Origin: an uncultured cyanobacterium
GTDB lineage: Bacteria > Cyanobacteriota > Cyanobacteriia > Cyanobacteriales > Nostocaceae
Direction: 5' to 3'
Assembly: GCA_963706595.1 (NCBI GenBank)
Contig: OY970166.1
Location: forward strand, 96,001 to 160,000
Length of the DNA stretch: 64,000 nt
The translations under genes and the position numbers were made by a program. Positions 1 to 9,661 of this stretch are shown here, piece by piece. Numbering within the stretch: position 1 is the first letter of the stretch; the number at the start of each line of letters is the position of its first letter. The notes below the pieces were generated by a model, which was not told the origin of the DNA, did not search any database, and worked only from the letters and a program-made list of their open reading frames with translations.

Positions 1-71
1 AGAACTTCTACTTATGGTCAGCATTGGGATTTCTGTTGCTTGGCCAGAAGAGGAAGTGAGGGAAGCAGGGG

Positions 72-156
72 CAATACTTCTTTTGTTAACCTCTCCCCTA
101 GTCCCTCTCCTACAAGGAGCTAGGGGGGTGAGGTTTGCTTTATCCGAGAAGTATTG
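72..156. repeat. MITE-like palindromic dispersed repeat
   Basis: Terminal inverted repeat CAATACTTCT...AGAAGTATTG enclosing the palindrome CCTCTCCCCTAG-TCCCTCTCC-TACAA-GGAGCTAGGGGGGTGAGG; related core at 50450-50521. Confidence 0.55.
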
Positions 157-288
157 GGCGCAGGAGGCACATCTTCCTGATTCCTTCAGTCTCGCCTCAC
201 AAAGCATGAAAAAACCTCCGCCGACCTTGTGGCAACGGTTATCTAGTTAATAACTGGGGATGAGTGTTACTAACAATCAAGCTGCCAG

Positions 289-1425
289 TTAACGTTGATC
301 GATGGGGAGATAAGTAACCTCATGTTTACCGTTGTAAATCTGGGTGGGTCGGAATATGCGGTTTTCTGCTAGTTGTTCTTTCCAATGAGCTAGCCAACCT
401 GCAACACGAGCGATCGCAAATATTGGTGTAAACAAGTCTGTAGGAATCCCCATTTTCCTATACACCAAACCTGAATAAAAGTCAACATTGGGATAAATCC
501 CTTTGCCAGACAGTTTTTCTGCTACTACCTGTTCCATTTCTAGGGCAATGTCATAATACTTATCATGCCCAAACTTGGCAAACAATTGCTCTGCTAGGTT
601 TTGTAAGACTGTAGCTCGTGGATCTTTGACTTTATAGACACGGTGTCCAAAGCCCATAATCTTGGCTTTGCGTTGCAGCAGGTCTTCTACATAAGGACGC
701 ACGTTTGCGACTGTGCCAATTTCTTCCAACATCTGAATCACTTCTTCATTAGCTCCACCGTGCAGGGGACCGCCTAGAGTTCCTACGGCACTAGCAACTA
801 CAGCGTAGGGGTCTGTTAAGGTGGAAGCCGTTACCCTCGCACTGAAGGTAGAAGCATTCATTGTATGCTCGACATGAAGAATCAAGCAGATGTCAAAGAT
901 TTTGGCAGCCAAAGGATCTGGTTCTTTCTCGTTGAGCATATAGAGAAAGTTGGCTGCGTAGTCTAAGTCATCACGAGGCCTAACGGGGTCGTTGCCTTTT
1001 CGCATTAACTGGAATGCCGCTACCATTGTGGGAATGGTCGCTAACAAGCGCACTACGGCATCCCGAATGTAAGCAGGGTTGTGTAAGTCCCGGCGCGAAT
1101 AAAACAAGCCTAATGCCGCAGCTGAGGCTTGCAGCGCATCCATCGGGTGACCGCTTTCTGGAAAGCATTTCATCATGTCCCGAATGCGGTATTTTATCCG
1201 CCTGTGGTAGCGAACCTCATGCTCAAATGCTTCCAATTCTTCTTGACTTGGCAGTTCACCCCAGATTAAGAGATAAGCAGTTTCCAGAAATGAACTTTTT
1301 TCTGCTAATTCCTCAATCCGGATGCCACGATATTCTAGAATTCCCTTCTGCCCATCAACATGACTAATACTTGATTGGGCGGCGGGAATGCCTTCTAAAC
1401 CAGGCTTATATTCGCACACCATCAT
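289..1425 (-). CDS. gltA: citrate synthase
   Basis: GLEGIPAAQSSIS N-terminus, HVEHTMNASTF, GPLHGGANE, GFGHRVYK, YPNVDFYSG motifs. Confidence 0.97.
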   Translation of the reverse strand: MMVCEYKPGLEGIPAAQSSISHVDGQKGILEYRGIRIEELAEKSSFLETAYLLIWGELPSQEELEAFEHEVRYHRRIKYRIRDMMKCFPESGHPMDALQASAAALGLFYSRRDLHNPAYIRDAVVRLLATIPTMVAAFQLMRKGNDPVRPRDDLDYAANFLYMLNEKEPDPLAAKIFDICLILHVEHTMNASTFSARVTASTLTDPYAVVASAVGTLGGPLHGGANEEVIQMLEEIGTVANVRPYVEDLLQRKAKIMGFGHRVYKVKDPRATVLQNLAEQLFAKFGHDKYYDIALEMEQVVAEKLSGKGIYPNVDFYSGLVYRKMGIPTDLFTPIFAIARVAGWLAHWKEQLAENRIFRPTQIYNGKHEVTYLPIDQR

Positions 1426-1537
1426 GGCAACACCATTTACTTTTTGACATATCTGATGACGCTAACTTACCAGAAATTCTTGTCGCTATAACAGTAGCCT
1501 ACGTCACAACACTTTTTGTCAAAATGTTGAAAAGCTG

Positions 1538-2035
1538 TCACAGCAGGTACTTGGGCGGTGTCAACCAAAACATTTGACTACGACCCAGAGGTGAACCTAT
1601 TTCTGGTAGTTTTATCCCGATCATACCTGCTTTTTTCAAGACTAAACTGTTTTTGACCTCTCCCCAAAGCAGAATTTCTGCCCAATTGCTTAGACAAGGT
1701 TCATGTCCTACCAGGGCAATTTGGGTATTTTGGGCATAATTTTTCGGTTCTAACCAATATTTTAGCCAAGGCGAAATCTGACCATTAGGGGCAAGATGAG
1801 GGGATTCTTCCCATTGTGTACTCAGTCCGGCTGCTACGAAGATTTCCGCCGTTTGGCGGGCGCGGACTAAGGGACTGGTGACAATGACCTCAAACTGCAA
1901 ACCTAGTTGTTTAATTCTGTGGGCAACTTTTTCGGTTTTTTGTCGTCCTTCTTTTGTAAGCGATCGCTCTTCATCTTTCTTAATGTCTGGTTGCTTCTCT
2001 TCGGCTATACCATGACGAATTAAGTATAATTCCAT
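1538..2035 (-). CDS. sixA: phosphohistidine phosphatase SixA
   Basis: LYLIRHGIA, SPLVRARQTA, LVGHEP histidine-phosphatase motifs. Confidence 0.93.
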   Translation of the reverse strand: MELYLIRHGIAEEKQPDIKKDEERSLTKEGRQKTEKVAHRIKQLGLQFEVIVTSPLVRARQTAEIFVAAGLSTQWEESPHLAPNGQISPWLKYWLEPKNYAQNTQIALVGHEPCLSNWAEILLWGEVKNSLVLKKAGMIGIKLPEIGSPLGRSQMFWLTPPKYLL

Positions 2036-2089
2036 ATTTTTAATGTTATTATAAATTGATCATAGGTTTAAATCTTTAATAATTTAGAA

Positions 2090-2560
2090 TTATTCGTCAA
2101 CACTAGGATAAAAATCTAAGTCTAAAATTTCATCGACACAAAAGGGACAAACCATCGGAAAATTTTCCCCTGATAAAGCTGTTTCTACCATTGCTTCTCG
2201 ACGCGCTCTTTGATAAGTCGCATTTATCCATTCAGCATCATTTAAAAAACGGCTCAAACTGGGACTTTCTGCTAATACTTCATCTAAATTCAGTCGTTCA
2301 CGGGTAATAGTCACTTGCCAGCTATGGCTACGCAATTTGGGTTGATGCTTCCACTTTAGCAAATGCGACAATACTAACCGCAATGAACTCTGCAACGCCC
2401 TTTGCTGACTTTTCCCCAAGTCCACTACTTCCTCAATTAAGTGTTCTAAATCTAGGGTGTCCCAGTGCTGCGATTTTAAAAGCTCTGCGGTCTGCTCTAC
2501 CCAAGCATAAAAATCTTGCTCATACAAGCTTTGTAATAGTTCCGGGTGTATAGTTTTCAT
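2090..2560 (-). CDS. DUF29 family protein
   Basis: LYEQDFYAW...LDLEHLIEEV...LSHLLKW...SW...ESPSL...FP..CPF signature; start taken at MKTIH. Confidence 0.88.
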   Translation of the reverse strand: MKTIHPELLQSLYEQDFYAWVEQTAELLKSQHWDTLDLEHLIEEVVDLGKSQQRALQSSLRLVLSHLLKWKHQPKLRSHSWQVTITRERLNLDEVLAESPSLSRFLNDAEWINATYQRARREAMVETALSGENFPMVCPFCVDEILDLDFYPSVDE

Positions 2561-2679
2561 GGCGTTTTTTCTTCGCATTTTTAGTTAAGAATTCACTGCC
2601 AAAGTATGTATTTTTTAGCTGAAAGTCAAACTCATCAGCAGGGGTTTAACATTACTCAACCCCTACTGAATCAAGGTAA

Positions 2680-2870
2680 AAATTTTAGATTTTGGATTTG
2701 GGATTTGGGATTGGGAATTTTCGGTACAAGCTCCGCCCCTTCATGGCGTAATTAATCCAAAATACTCGCTGCGCTGCGTACGCTTCGCTAACGCCAATCT
2801 AAAATCCTCAGAGCTATACACTAAAGTGTGGAGTAAATCCAAAATCCAAAATCGTAAATCCAAAATTGAT
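2680..2870. repeat. composite STRR (TTTTGGA/TCCAAAA) inverted tandem repeats with embedded small dispersed repeats
   Basis: Heptamer runs in both orientations; GTACAAGCTCCGCCC core also at 39910 and 39950. Confidence 0.6.
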
Positions 2871-2904
2871 TGACCTAGAATTCTTTGTCCTCAGAAGGCA
2901 ACGT

Positions 2905-4200
2905 CTACTCAGACTGAATTGGGTTATCTTTAGGACTGACCAACTTTAGTAGCTTTTGCTTGATTTGAGAATCATAGACTTCCCATTTCATTTTTGCATA
3001 GGCGGAATTTTCGTTACTACCAGACAAGAAACCCATCGGAATTTCAAAGCCGCCTGCGCCTGTACGTCCACCACCAAAAAATCGCCCTGTGCTATCTTGC
3101 CCAAAGGCTTCTTTGATGAACTCATCAGGGTCAAGGGTGAGTTTAGCGGTGCGGAGGGAGCCAATAACTACTTCTAGCTCGTCTTCGTCATGAACAATAC
3201 CGTAAACTACTGCTGTATGCACGTTTTCTTCTGTCACCAGGAAATCGGCTGCTTGGGGAATCGCATCCCGGTCTTCGTAGCGGAGATAACCAACGCCAGC
3301 AATGGAAAAGTTATTCTGCACGATGCGGTTTTTTAGCGATCGCTCGATCACATCCATCACCCGCTTAGAACGATTTGCCTGTAAAATGGCGTTCAGCAGT
3401 TGAGCATCATAAAATCGGCTCAGATATGCAGCCGCCATGAAATCTTCTTCTTGGGCTTGCATCAGCCGATTCGTATCTGACCGCAACCCATGCATCAAAG
3501 CCGTAGCACATTTGACGTGTTGGCTGATGCTGCTATCTAAGGTCAGTAACCCTGATTGCAGATACTGAGTAAAAATTGTTGAGGTGGCTCGCACATCAGG
3601 ACGAACGTCAACAAACTCTGACTTATGTTCCGCCTGTAAGGTATGATGGTCAATGACGGCAATTATGGGTATTCCTGCCTGCTGCACGGCTGTCATTAAT
3701 TGACTTGTAGTTCCCTGGTTATCAATTAAAATGCAGCCTTGATAAGATGACAAGTCTTTACTTTTGAGGACTTGTGATGTCCAGCGCTGGGCTGGTAGTC
3801 CAGTCAGCTTCACTAAGGCAATGTTTTCTTGATGACTCAGCGTACCAGCATAAATAATTTCGCATTTGATATCATATTGCTGCACAATTAACTGGTAAGT
3901 CCAAGCGCAAGACAGAGCATCAGGGTCGGGAAAATCCTGTAAAATTACTAGATGTCGCTCATGTCGGTGTGCTAAAAGGGTTTTTTGCAGTTCTTCCGAC
4001 TTCTGAAAAGCCACGGAATTTCCCCGTTGACCGACATATTTACCATTTTTTCCGCCGCCGTTAGATGATGGTAAGGATGGCTTGGTGAGTGTAATTTCCA
4101 CTGCTTCTTGATCTATCTCCGCATCCTCTGGGCTAGGTTCTGTGGTTAATAAAAAACTTTCTGATTGCTTCAAGGAAGAATTCAATTGCATAGGGGACAT
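2905..4200 (-). CDS. DHH-family phosphoesterase (NrnA-like oligoribonuclease/pAp phosphatase)
   Basis: DFPDPDAL, LIDN, IDHH, GLRSDT, FGGGR...AGG motifs. Confidence 0.85.
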   Translation of the reverse strand: MSPMQLNSSLKQSESFLLTTEPSPEDAEIDQEAVEITLTKPSLPSSNGGGKNGKYVGQRGNSVAFQKSEELQKTLLAHRHERHLVILQDFPDPDALSCAWTYQLIVQQYDIKCEIIYAGTLSHQENIALVKLTGLPAQRWTSQVLKSKDLSSYQGCILIDNQGTTSQLMTAVQQAGIPIIAVIDHHTLQAEHKSEFVDVRPDVRATSTIFTQYLQSGLLTLDSSISQHVKCATALMHGLRSDTNRLMQAQEEDFMAAAYLSRFYDAQLLNAILQANRSKRVMDVIERSLKNRIVQNNFSIAGVGYLRYEDRDAIPQAADFLVTEENVHTAVVYGIVHDEDELEVVIGSLRTAKLTLDPDEFIKEAFGQDSTGRFFGGGRTGAGGFEIPMGFLSGSNENSAYAKMKWEVYDSQIKQKLLKLVSPKDNPIQSE

Positions 4201-4751
4201 CTTGATAAGTGCGAGCCTCCATTGATTTGTTAAGAATTAATACAATTAACACTGAACTGATTTTGAGACATATTCTGATCTTCGCAAAAATATAGGGTTT
4301 TTGGCATACTTATCTGGGTCTATTTTCTGTCAATCAAATTAGTTAGAAATCTGCTAATATCTCCCAATTGCCTCTGCAAAGCGAAGATCAAGATTTCTAG
4401 TTTCAAATATGACTTTTAACTAAACTTGCTTGGTATTTTTTACGACCAGAAGGGTTTTGGAGCATATTCCTGATTGTACGGGAATATTTCCCACTGACTT
4501 AGTTATTTTACAATATTGTGCGCTAGGATAAAAGGCTTAGGCATCGTTTGGCTCAACAATTTGCCATGATGATCTACCAGATGCCGCCAAACATCCTAGA
4601 TTATCTGTAGTACAAATTTATTAAAGCCAAAGATGAGCTTTGACGATCAAGATAACCTCCGGCTGATGCCGGGCTATTTGAATCAGCACAAAAATTTAAC
4701 ACCGATCACAGGCGATAATTGCTTTGGCTTTTAATAATTATTCCTTCAGCG

Positions 4752-5249
4752 TCAAAGACCGATTACATATTTTTGCCACTCGTTATGCAGTCCGCTCTTG
4801 AGATGTTTGCTGACCTCAAAATAAAGGCTACTGTAAGGTTGGCGTGGGGGATGACGCAAAGGCATGTGGGCTTCGTAAGGTGTGCGGTTCCCTTTCTTGA
4901 CATTGCAACGGACGCAAGCTGTAACGATATTTTCCCAGGTATCACCCCCTCGGCGCGATCGCGGTATAACATGGTCTAACGTCAACTCATCCCCGGTATA
5001 ACCGCAGTATTGACAAGAGTGACTGTCACGGTGCAAGATATTTCGGCGAGTGAGAGGAATTTCTTTGTACGGAACGCGCACATAATGGCGCAACCGAATT
5101 ACTGTCGGTAACGGAAAATCTGTATACAGAAATTTGCCGTTATGCTCAATGCGTTCTGCTTTGCCTTTAATGAGCAGAATCGCAGCCCGCCGCCAACTGG
5201 TGATGTTGAGCGGTTCGTAAGACGCGTTTAGGACTAAAACCTTCCCCAT
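4752..5249 (-). CDS. HNH endonuclease (McrA-like)
   Basis: VLVLNASYEPL; RD..CQYCG..TLDHVIP..GG..WENIVTACVRCNVKKG. Confidence 0.92.
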   Translation of the reverse strand: MGKVLVLNASYEPLNITSWRRAAILLIKGKAERIEHNGKFLYTDFPLPTVIRLRHYVRVPYKEIPLTRRNILHRDSHSCQYCGYTGDELTLDHVIPRSRRGGDTWENIVTACVRCNVKKGNRTPYEAHMPLRHPPRQPYSSLYFEVSKHLKSGLHNEWQKYVIGL

Positions 5250-5315
5250 TGGTTAGCGCTCGAGGTATTAGTTTTACATATATTAACACGAATCTACCCT
5301 TGTGGGGAGATGAGA

Positions 5316-5590
5316 TTGACACTCCCCGGCGTGAACGCACGGGGATTCTTGGATATAAGACATAACTTGCTCATGCAGGTTTTCACCAACAAGAGTAGAG
5401 GTTTCATCTCCCCAAGCGTTGCTTGCATCTAGTGCAAAGGTTCCAGTATGCCCTACCGTACCCAATCCTCGACTAAGGATTATTCTGGCTGCGTTTTCAT
5501 CTCTATCCATGACACATCCACATTTACAAACGTGGGTTCGAGTGGATAGCGTTTTCTTGACAATTTCACCACAGCTAGAGCATACTCCAG
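5316..5590 (-). mobile_element. tnpB: truncated IS200/IS605 remnant: tnpB C-terminal Zn-ribbon plus right end
   Basis: CSSCG..KKTLSTRTHVC.CG..DRDENAA translation; subterminal hairpin GAATCCCCGTGCGTTCACGCCGGGGAGTG ending TCAA. Confidence 0.88.
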
Positions 5591-5803
5591 ACACAGATTT
5601 ATGGGACTTGGAGGGGTTTTTGCGTAGGGTGATCAAGGATTTTTTTATTTGAAACCCATAACTCAAAATTCGCACCATTTTGTATGAACGACCGGATCAA
5701 CGGTAAACTTTGCTGATTAATATTGATATGGCTTTGAGGCTAGCAAAGCAGAATAATTAAATAATCTGGAAGTTTTGCAGTGGTGTGATAGGAGTGAAGT
5801 GCA

Positions 5804-6991
5804 ATGTTAAGTCGTAACCAAACCCCTAGTTTTGCTGATAATCAGGATCGTGATACCTATGCTTGGTTCTCGCAACGAGCTTGGGTGGAAATTGATTTAG
5901 GGGCGTTATCTCATAATATCCAGCAATTAGTTAGATTTTTATCGCCAAATACCCAGTTAATGGCTGTGGTCAAAGCTGATGCTTATGGACATGGCGCGGT
6001 GACAGTTGCTCAAACAGCAGTACAATCGGGAGCAGGTTGGTTGGGAGTCGCTACAGTTCCAGAGGGGATTCAATTACGGGAGGCTGGAATAAAAGCTCCT
6101 ATTTTGATTTTAGGTGCAACCTACACGCCAGAGCAAATTCAGGCGATCTCTCACTGGAAACTCCAGCCAACTTTGTGCAGTCCCAAACAAGCGCTGATTT
6201 TTTCCAATATTTTAGAAACTATCAATAATGGTTCTCCTTTACCCGTACACATTAAATTAGATACGGGAATGTCGAGGTTGGGAACGAACTGGCAAGACGC
6301 TGTGGAGTTTGTGCAGTTAGTCCAGAATTTGCCTCATCTTGAAATTGCCAGCATTTATTCCCACTTGGCGACAGCAGATGATCTTGACACCAGTCTCATG
6401 CAAGAACAGCATAGACGATTTGAACAGGCGATCGCACAAGTTAAAAGCATAGGCATCAATCCACCATGCTTGCATTTAGCCAACTCTGCCGCCACTCTCA
6501 CCAATCGCGCCTTACATTACGACATTGTACGCGCCGGTTTGGCTATTTACGGACTTTATCCTGCGACTCATTTACAAAATGCAGTTAGTCTCAAGCCTGT
6601 TTTGCAACTGAAAACGCGAGTGACTCAAGTCAAAACCATAGCCGCCGGCACTGGGGTAAGTTACGGTCAACAATTTATTGCACCCCAAGAAATGCGCCTG
6701 GCTGTGATTAGTATTGGTTACGCTGATGGGGTTCCGCGTAATCTTTCCCAGAAAATGCAAGTTTTAATTCGTGGTCAGCGCGTGCCACAAGTTGGCACAA
6801 TTACTATGGATCAGTTGATGCTCGATGTCAGTGCTATTCCAGATTTACAAGAAGGGGAAATAGTCACCCTACTTGGTGAACAAGGCAGAGAAAAAATTTC
6901 AGCTAACGATTGGGCAGAAAAATTAAATACGATTTCTTGGGAAATTCTCTGCGGCTTTAAGCATCGTTTGCCTCGTGTGGCGGTAATGTAG
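5804..6991 (+). CDS. alr: alanine racemase
   Basis: AVVKADAYGHG PLP lysine motif, HIKLDTGMSRLG, IGYADG, GTITMDQ. Confidence 0.97.
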   Translation: MLSRNQTPSFADNQDRDTYAWFSQRAWVEIDLGALSHNIQQLVRFLSPNTQLMAVVKADAYGHGAVTVAQTAVQSGAGWLGVATVPEGIQLREAGIKAPILILGATYTPEQIQAISHWKLQPTLCSPKQALIFSNILETINNGSPLPVHIKLDTGMSRLGTNWQDAVEFVQLVQNLPHLEIASIYSHLATADDLDTSLMQEQHRRFEQAIAQVKSIGINPPCLHLANSAATLTNRALHYDIVRAGLAIYGLYPATHLQNAVSLKPVLQLKTRVTQVKTIAAGTGVSYGQQFIAPQEMRLAVISIGYADGVPRNLSQKMQVLIRGQRVPQVGTITMDQLMLDVSAIPDLQEGEIVTLLGEQGREKISANDWAEKLNTISWEILCGFKHRLPRVAVM

Positions 6992-7070
6992 GTGAATTGG
7001 GTATGGGGAAAGTTATTTTTCCCTTTCCTATTCCCATATAATATTTTCTGTGCTAATATTAAAAACTGAT

Positions 7071-7152
7071 GCGGATGTGGCGAAATTGGCAGACGCGCTA
7101 GATTTAGGTTCTAGTTCCGAAAGGAGTGAAGGTTCAAGTCCTTTCATCCGCA
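7071..7152 (+). tRNA. tRNA-Leu(TAG)
   Basis: GCGGATG/CATCCGC acceptor stem, CTAGA-TTTAGGT-TCTAG anticodon arm, long variable arm, GGTTCAAGTCC T-arm. Confidence 0.96.
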
Positions 7153-7169
7153 CTTCTGAAACTATGATT

Positions 7170-7202
7170 AACCTCCAGGAAAAACGCCTGGGGGTTTAAT
7201 TT
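7170..7202 (+). terminator. probable intrinsic terminator after tRNA-Leu
   Basis: Hairpin AACCTCCAGG-AAAAACG-CCTGGGGGTT followed by T-rich sequence. Confidence 0.6.
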
Positions 7203-7606
7203 TGCATATTAATTTAAAATCTGTGTTGCTGCGACTTCCATTAGTTTCTCGCTCCTGTCTCGCTATATTTACGTATAAATACAGAGAAAGCTGGCGTTGA
7301 ATTTTGTTAATTTAGCAGTATTATTTACATAATTATCACTTAAAAGAAAGCGGCTTAATTTGTCCTTGCTTTTTTCTGGGCTGATTCGCCAAATATATCT
7401 GGCAATCTCAATACAAGTAAGTAAATTTACGTTGACTTACTAATTCCCGAAATGTGATCATCAGAAAGACCCTATTTTCATTGAATTTAACCACAAATCC
7501 CGTCGTGAAACTTTTGTATTTGATACTACAAAAAGCTAACAATGAAAATTTGTTGGAAAATATGGCGCAGCTACTGTATAAATTTAGCTGAAGAAGTAAA
7601 AGCAAA

Positions 7607-8656
7607 ATGAGTACAACTCCCCTAACTGGCTACTGGTTACCCCAGAAATTACATCCCTTATCTCTATTAGCACAACTAACTAGCCGCCATGCTACTGGTT
7701 GCTTACGCGTATTTACTAAAACGGCTTCTTGGTCAATTAATATAGAAGACGGTAAACTGACTTACGCCTCTTATTCCGATAGACTGTTTGAGCGTCTTGA
7801 CCATCACTTACAGCGATTAAGTCAAGAAATTCCGACTCTTAACAGCGCCACTCGCGTGCAAATGCGGTTGATGTTTGAACCGAAAAATGAACATCAGTCT
7901 ATGCAATATGCAGATTATCAAGCAATTTGCTGGTTAATAAATCAGGAACATATTACCCCCGCACAAGCAGAAACCCTGATATATGAATTAGCGAAAGAAG
8001 TATTAGAAACATTTCTGGTCTTAAAAGAAGGAAATTATGAATTTTCTCTGGAAACTTCCTGGGATGAATTACCCAAGTTCTGCCATTTAGACTTGCGGTT
8101 ATTAGTTGAATACTGTCACAAGCAGTTACGACAGCCGCAAAATATCCAGTCACAAGTTCAAGTGGGTCAGAGTGTGTTACCTGCCAAAAATTCACCTCAA
8201 ATTCAGTCTCAATTTCCAAATTCTCCACCAAACCACTTGAAGACTGCTGAAAATAGGAATACAAAAAAATCTCAGCCGGCATTGAAAAAAAATCACTATA
8301 CAATTGCCTGTATTGATGATAGTCAAACAGTGTTGAATTCTATCAAACTTTTCTTGGATGGTAAGACATTTGCAGTTGTCACAATCAATGATCCTGTTAA
8401 AGCATTAATGCAAACTCTTCGCAGTAAACCAGACCTAATTTTACTCGACGTGGAAATGCCCAATTTGGACGGCTATGAATTGTGTTCTTTATTAAGAAGG
8501 CATTCAGCTTTTAAGAATGTACCCATTATTATGGTGACAGGCAGAACAGGATTTATCGACAGAGCCAAAGCCAAAATGGTCAGATCATCAGGGTATTTGA
8601 CTAAACCTTTTACACAAGCAGATTTACTCAAAATAGTGTTTAAATACCTTGATTAA
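7607..8656 (+). CDS. PatA-family response regulator (PATAN/DUF4388 + receiver)
   Basis: N-terminal TGCLRV..W.I.IEDGKLTYAS PATAN-like domain; C-terminal IACIDDS, LLDVEMP.LDGYELC, YLTKPF. Confidence 0.88.
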   Translation: MSTTPLTGYWLPQKLHPLSLLAQLTSRHATGCLRVFTKTASWSINIEDGKLTYASYSDRLFERLDHHLQRLSQEIPTLNSATRVQMRLMFEPKNEHQSMQYADYQAICWLINQEHITPAQAETLIYELAKEVLETFLVLKEGNYEFSLETSWDELPKFCHLDLRLLVEYCHKQLRQPQNIQSQVQVGQSVLPAKNSPQIQSQFPNSPPNHLKTAENRNTKKSQPALKKNHYTIACIDDSQTVLNSIKLFLDGKTFAVVTINDPVKALMQTLRSKPDLILLDVEMPNLDGYELCSLLRRHSAFKNVPIIMVTGRTGFIDRAKAKMVRSSGYLTKPFTQADLLKIVFKYLD

Positions 8657-8724
8657 TTTAGCCACATCTAGCAGAATAAATCAGTTTGATGAATAGAGAA
8701 TTTATTTTTGCAGGAGATTGCAGG

Positions 8725-9102
8725 ATGAGTGTTACCTTGGTTGGCAAAGTTTTAATTGTAGAAGATTCACCCAGCGAATTGGAACTGATGAGCTATTATC
8801 TTAAAGATAGTGGTTGCAAGGTAATTAAGGCTGCTAGTGCAAAAGAAGCTTTAGAGAAAGTTGTATCAGAACAGCCTGATGCAATTGTTACTGATGTAGT
8901 CATGCCTGGAATGAGTGGATTTGAGTTGTGCCGTTCCCTGAAAAAAAATCCGATAACTCAAAAAGTACCAATAGTTATTTGCAGTTCCAAAAATCAAGAA
9001 ATCGACAGATTATGGGCAATGAAACAAGGTGCTGATGCCTACCTGACTAAGCCATATACACGCGAACAGCTATTGCGTGCGATTAAATCAGTGGTGTTTT
9101 AA
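8725..9102 (+). CDS. CheY-like single-domain response regulator
   Basis: VLIVEDS, TDVVMPGMSG, WAMKQGADAYLTKP. Confidence 0.92.
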   Translation: MSVTLVGKVLIVEDSPSELELMSYYLKDSGCKVIKAASAKEALEKVVSEQPDAIVTDVVMPGMSGFELCRSLKKNPITQKVPIVICSSKNQEIDRLWAMKQGADAYLTKPYTREQLLRAIKSVVF

Positions 9103-9105
9103 ACA

Positions 9106-9603
9106 ATGAATAATTTTGAAATTTTAGTTGCTCAACAACCAAGTCAAAAGAATTGTGTAAATAGCTATCTCAAGTTTAGATTAAATCAACAAACTACTGC
9201 TATTGTATCCATGAATCATACGCAAGAAGCAGTGATTTTGCCAGTTGAGTCTGTCACTTCGATGCCAAATATGCTGCCTTGTGTATTAGGGTTAATGAAT
9301 TGGCGGAGTCGGATAATTTGGGCAATTGATTTGCCAAAAATGCTGAATTTAGAATTTTTAGATAGTAGAATTAGGCAATATAATATTATTGTGATTCAGG
9401 TAGAGTCTCTGCTTTTAGGCTTAGTTGTTCATGAAATCAAAGGTGTAACTAAATTTATGTCTGATGATATTCAGTCTCCTGTGGGACAAGTAGCATCGAG
9501 TTTAGTGCCTTATTTACGCGGCTGTGTTGTTCAGTCAGAAGAAACATTGCTGGTTTTAGATGCACAATCTCTTGTGTATTCTCCTATTTTTCAAAGTAAT
9601 TAG
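9106..9603 (+). CDS. CheW-like adaptor protein
   Basis: MPNMLPCVLGLMNWRSRIIWAIDL; position in che operon. Confidence 0.9.
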   Translation: MNNFEILVAQQPSQKNCVNSYLKFRLNQQTTAIVSMNHTQEAVILPVESVTSMPNMLPCVLGLMNWRSRIIWAIDLPKMLNLEFLDSRIRQYNIIVIQVESLLLGLVVHEIKGVTKFMSDDIQSPVGQVASSLVPYLRGCVVQSEETLLVLDAQSLVYSPIFQSN

Positions 9604-9661
9604 GTGCTAATAAAAGTGAGATTATTAGTATTTTTATTTACCTATTACATCAAATTACGGT

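Noticed and set aside
14..250. 78-aa ORF at the window start
   Set aside because: It runs through a palindromic repeat element and has no recognisable motif
4752..5590. HNH gene plus tnpB-derived RNA as a new RNA-guided nuclease system
   Set aside because: The HNH is an ordinary small McrA-like protein with no IscB/RuvC features; the adjacency is most simply a chance IS insertion
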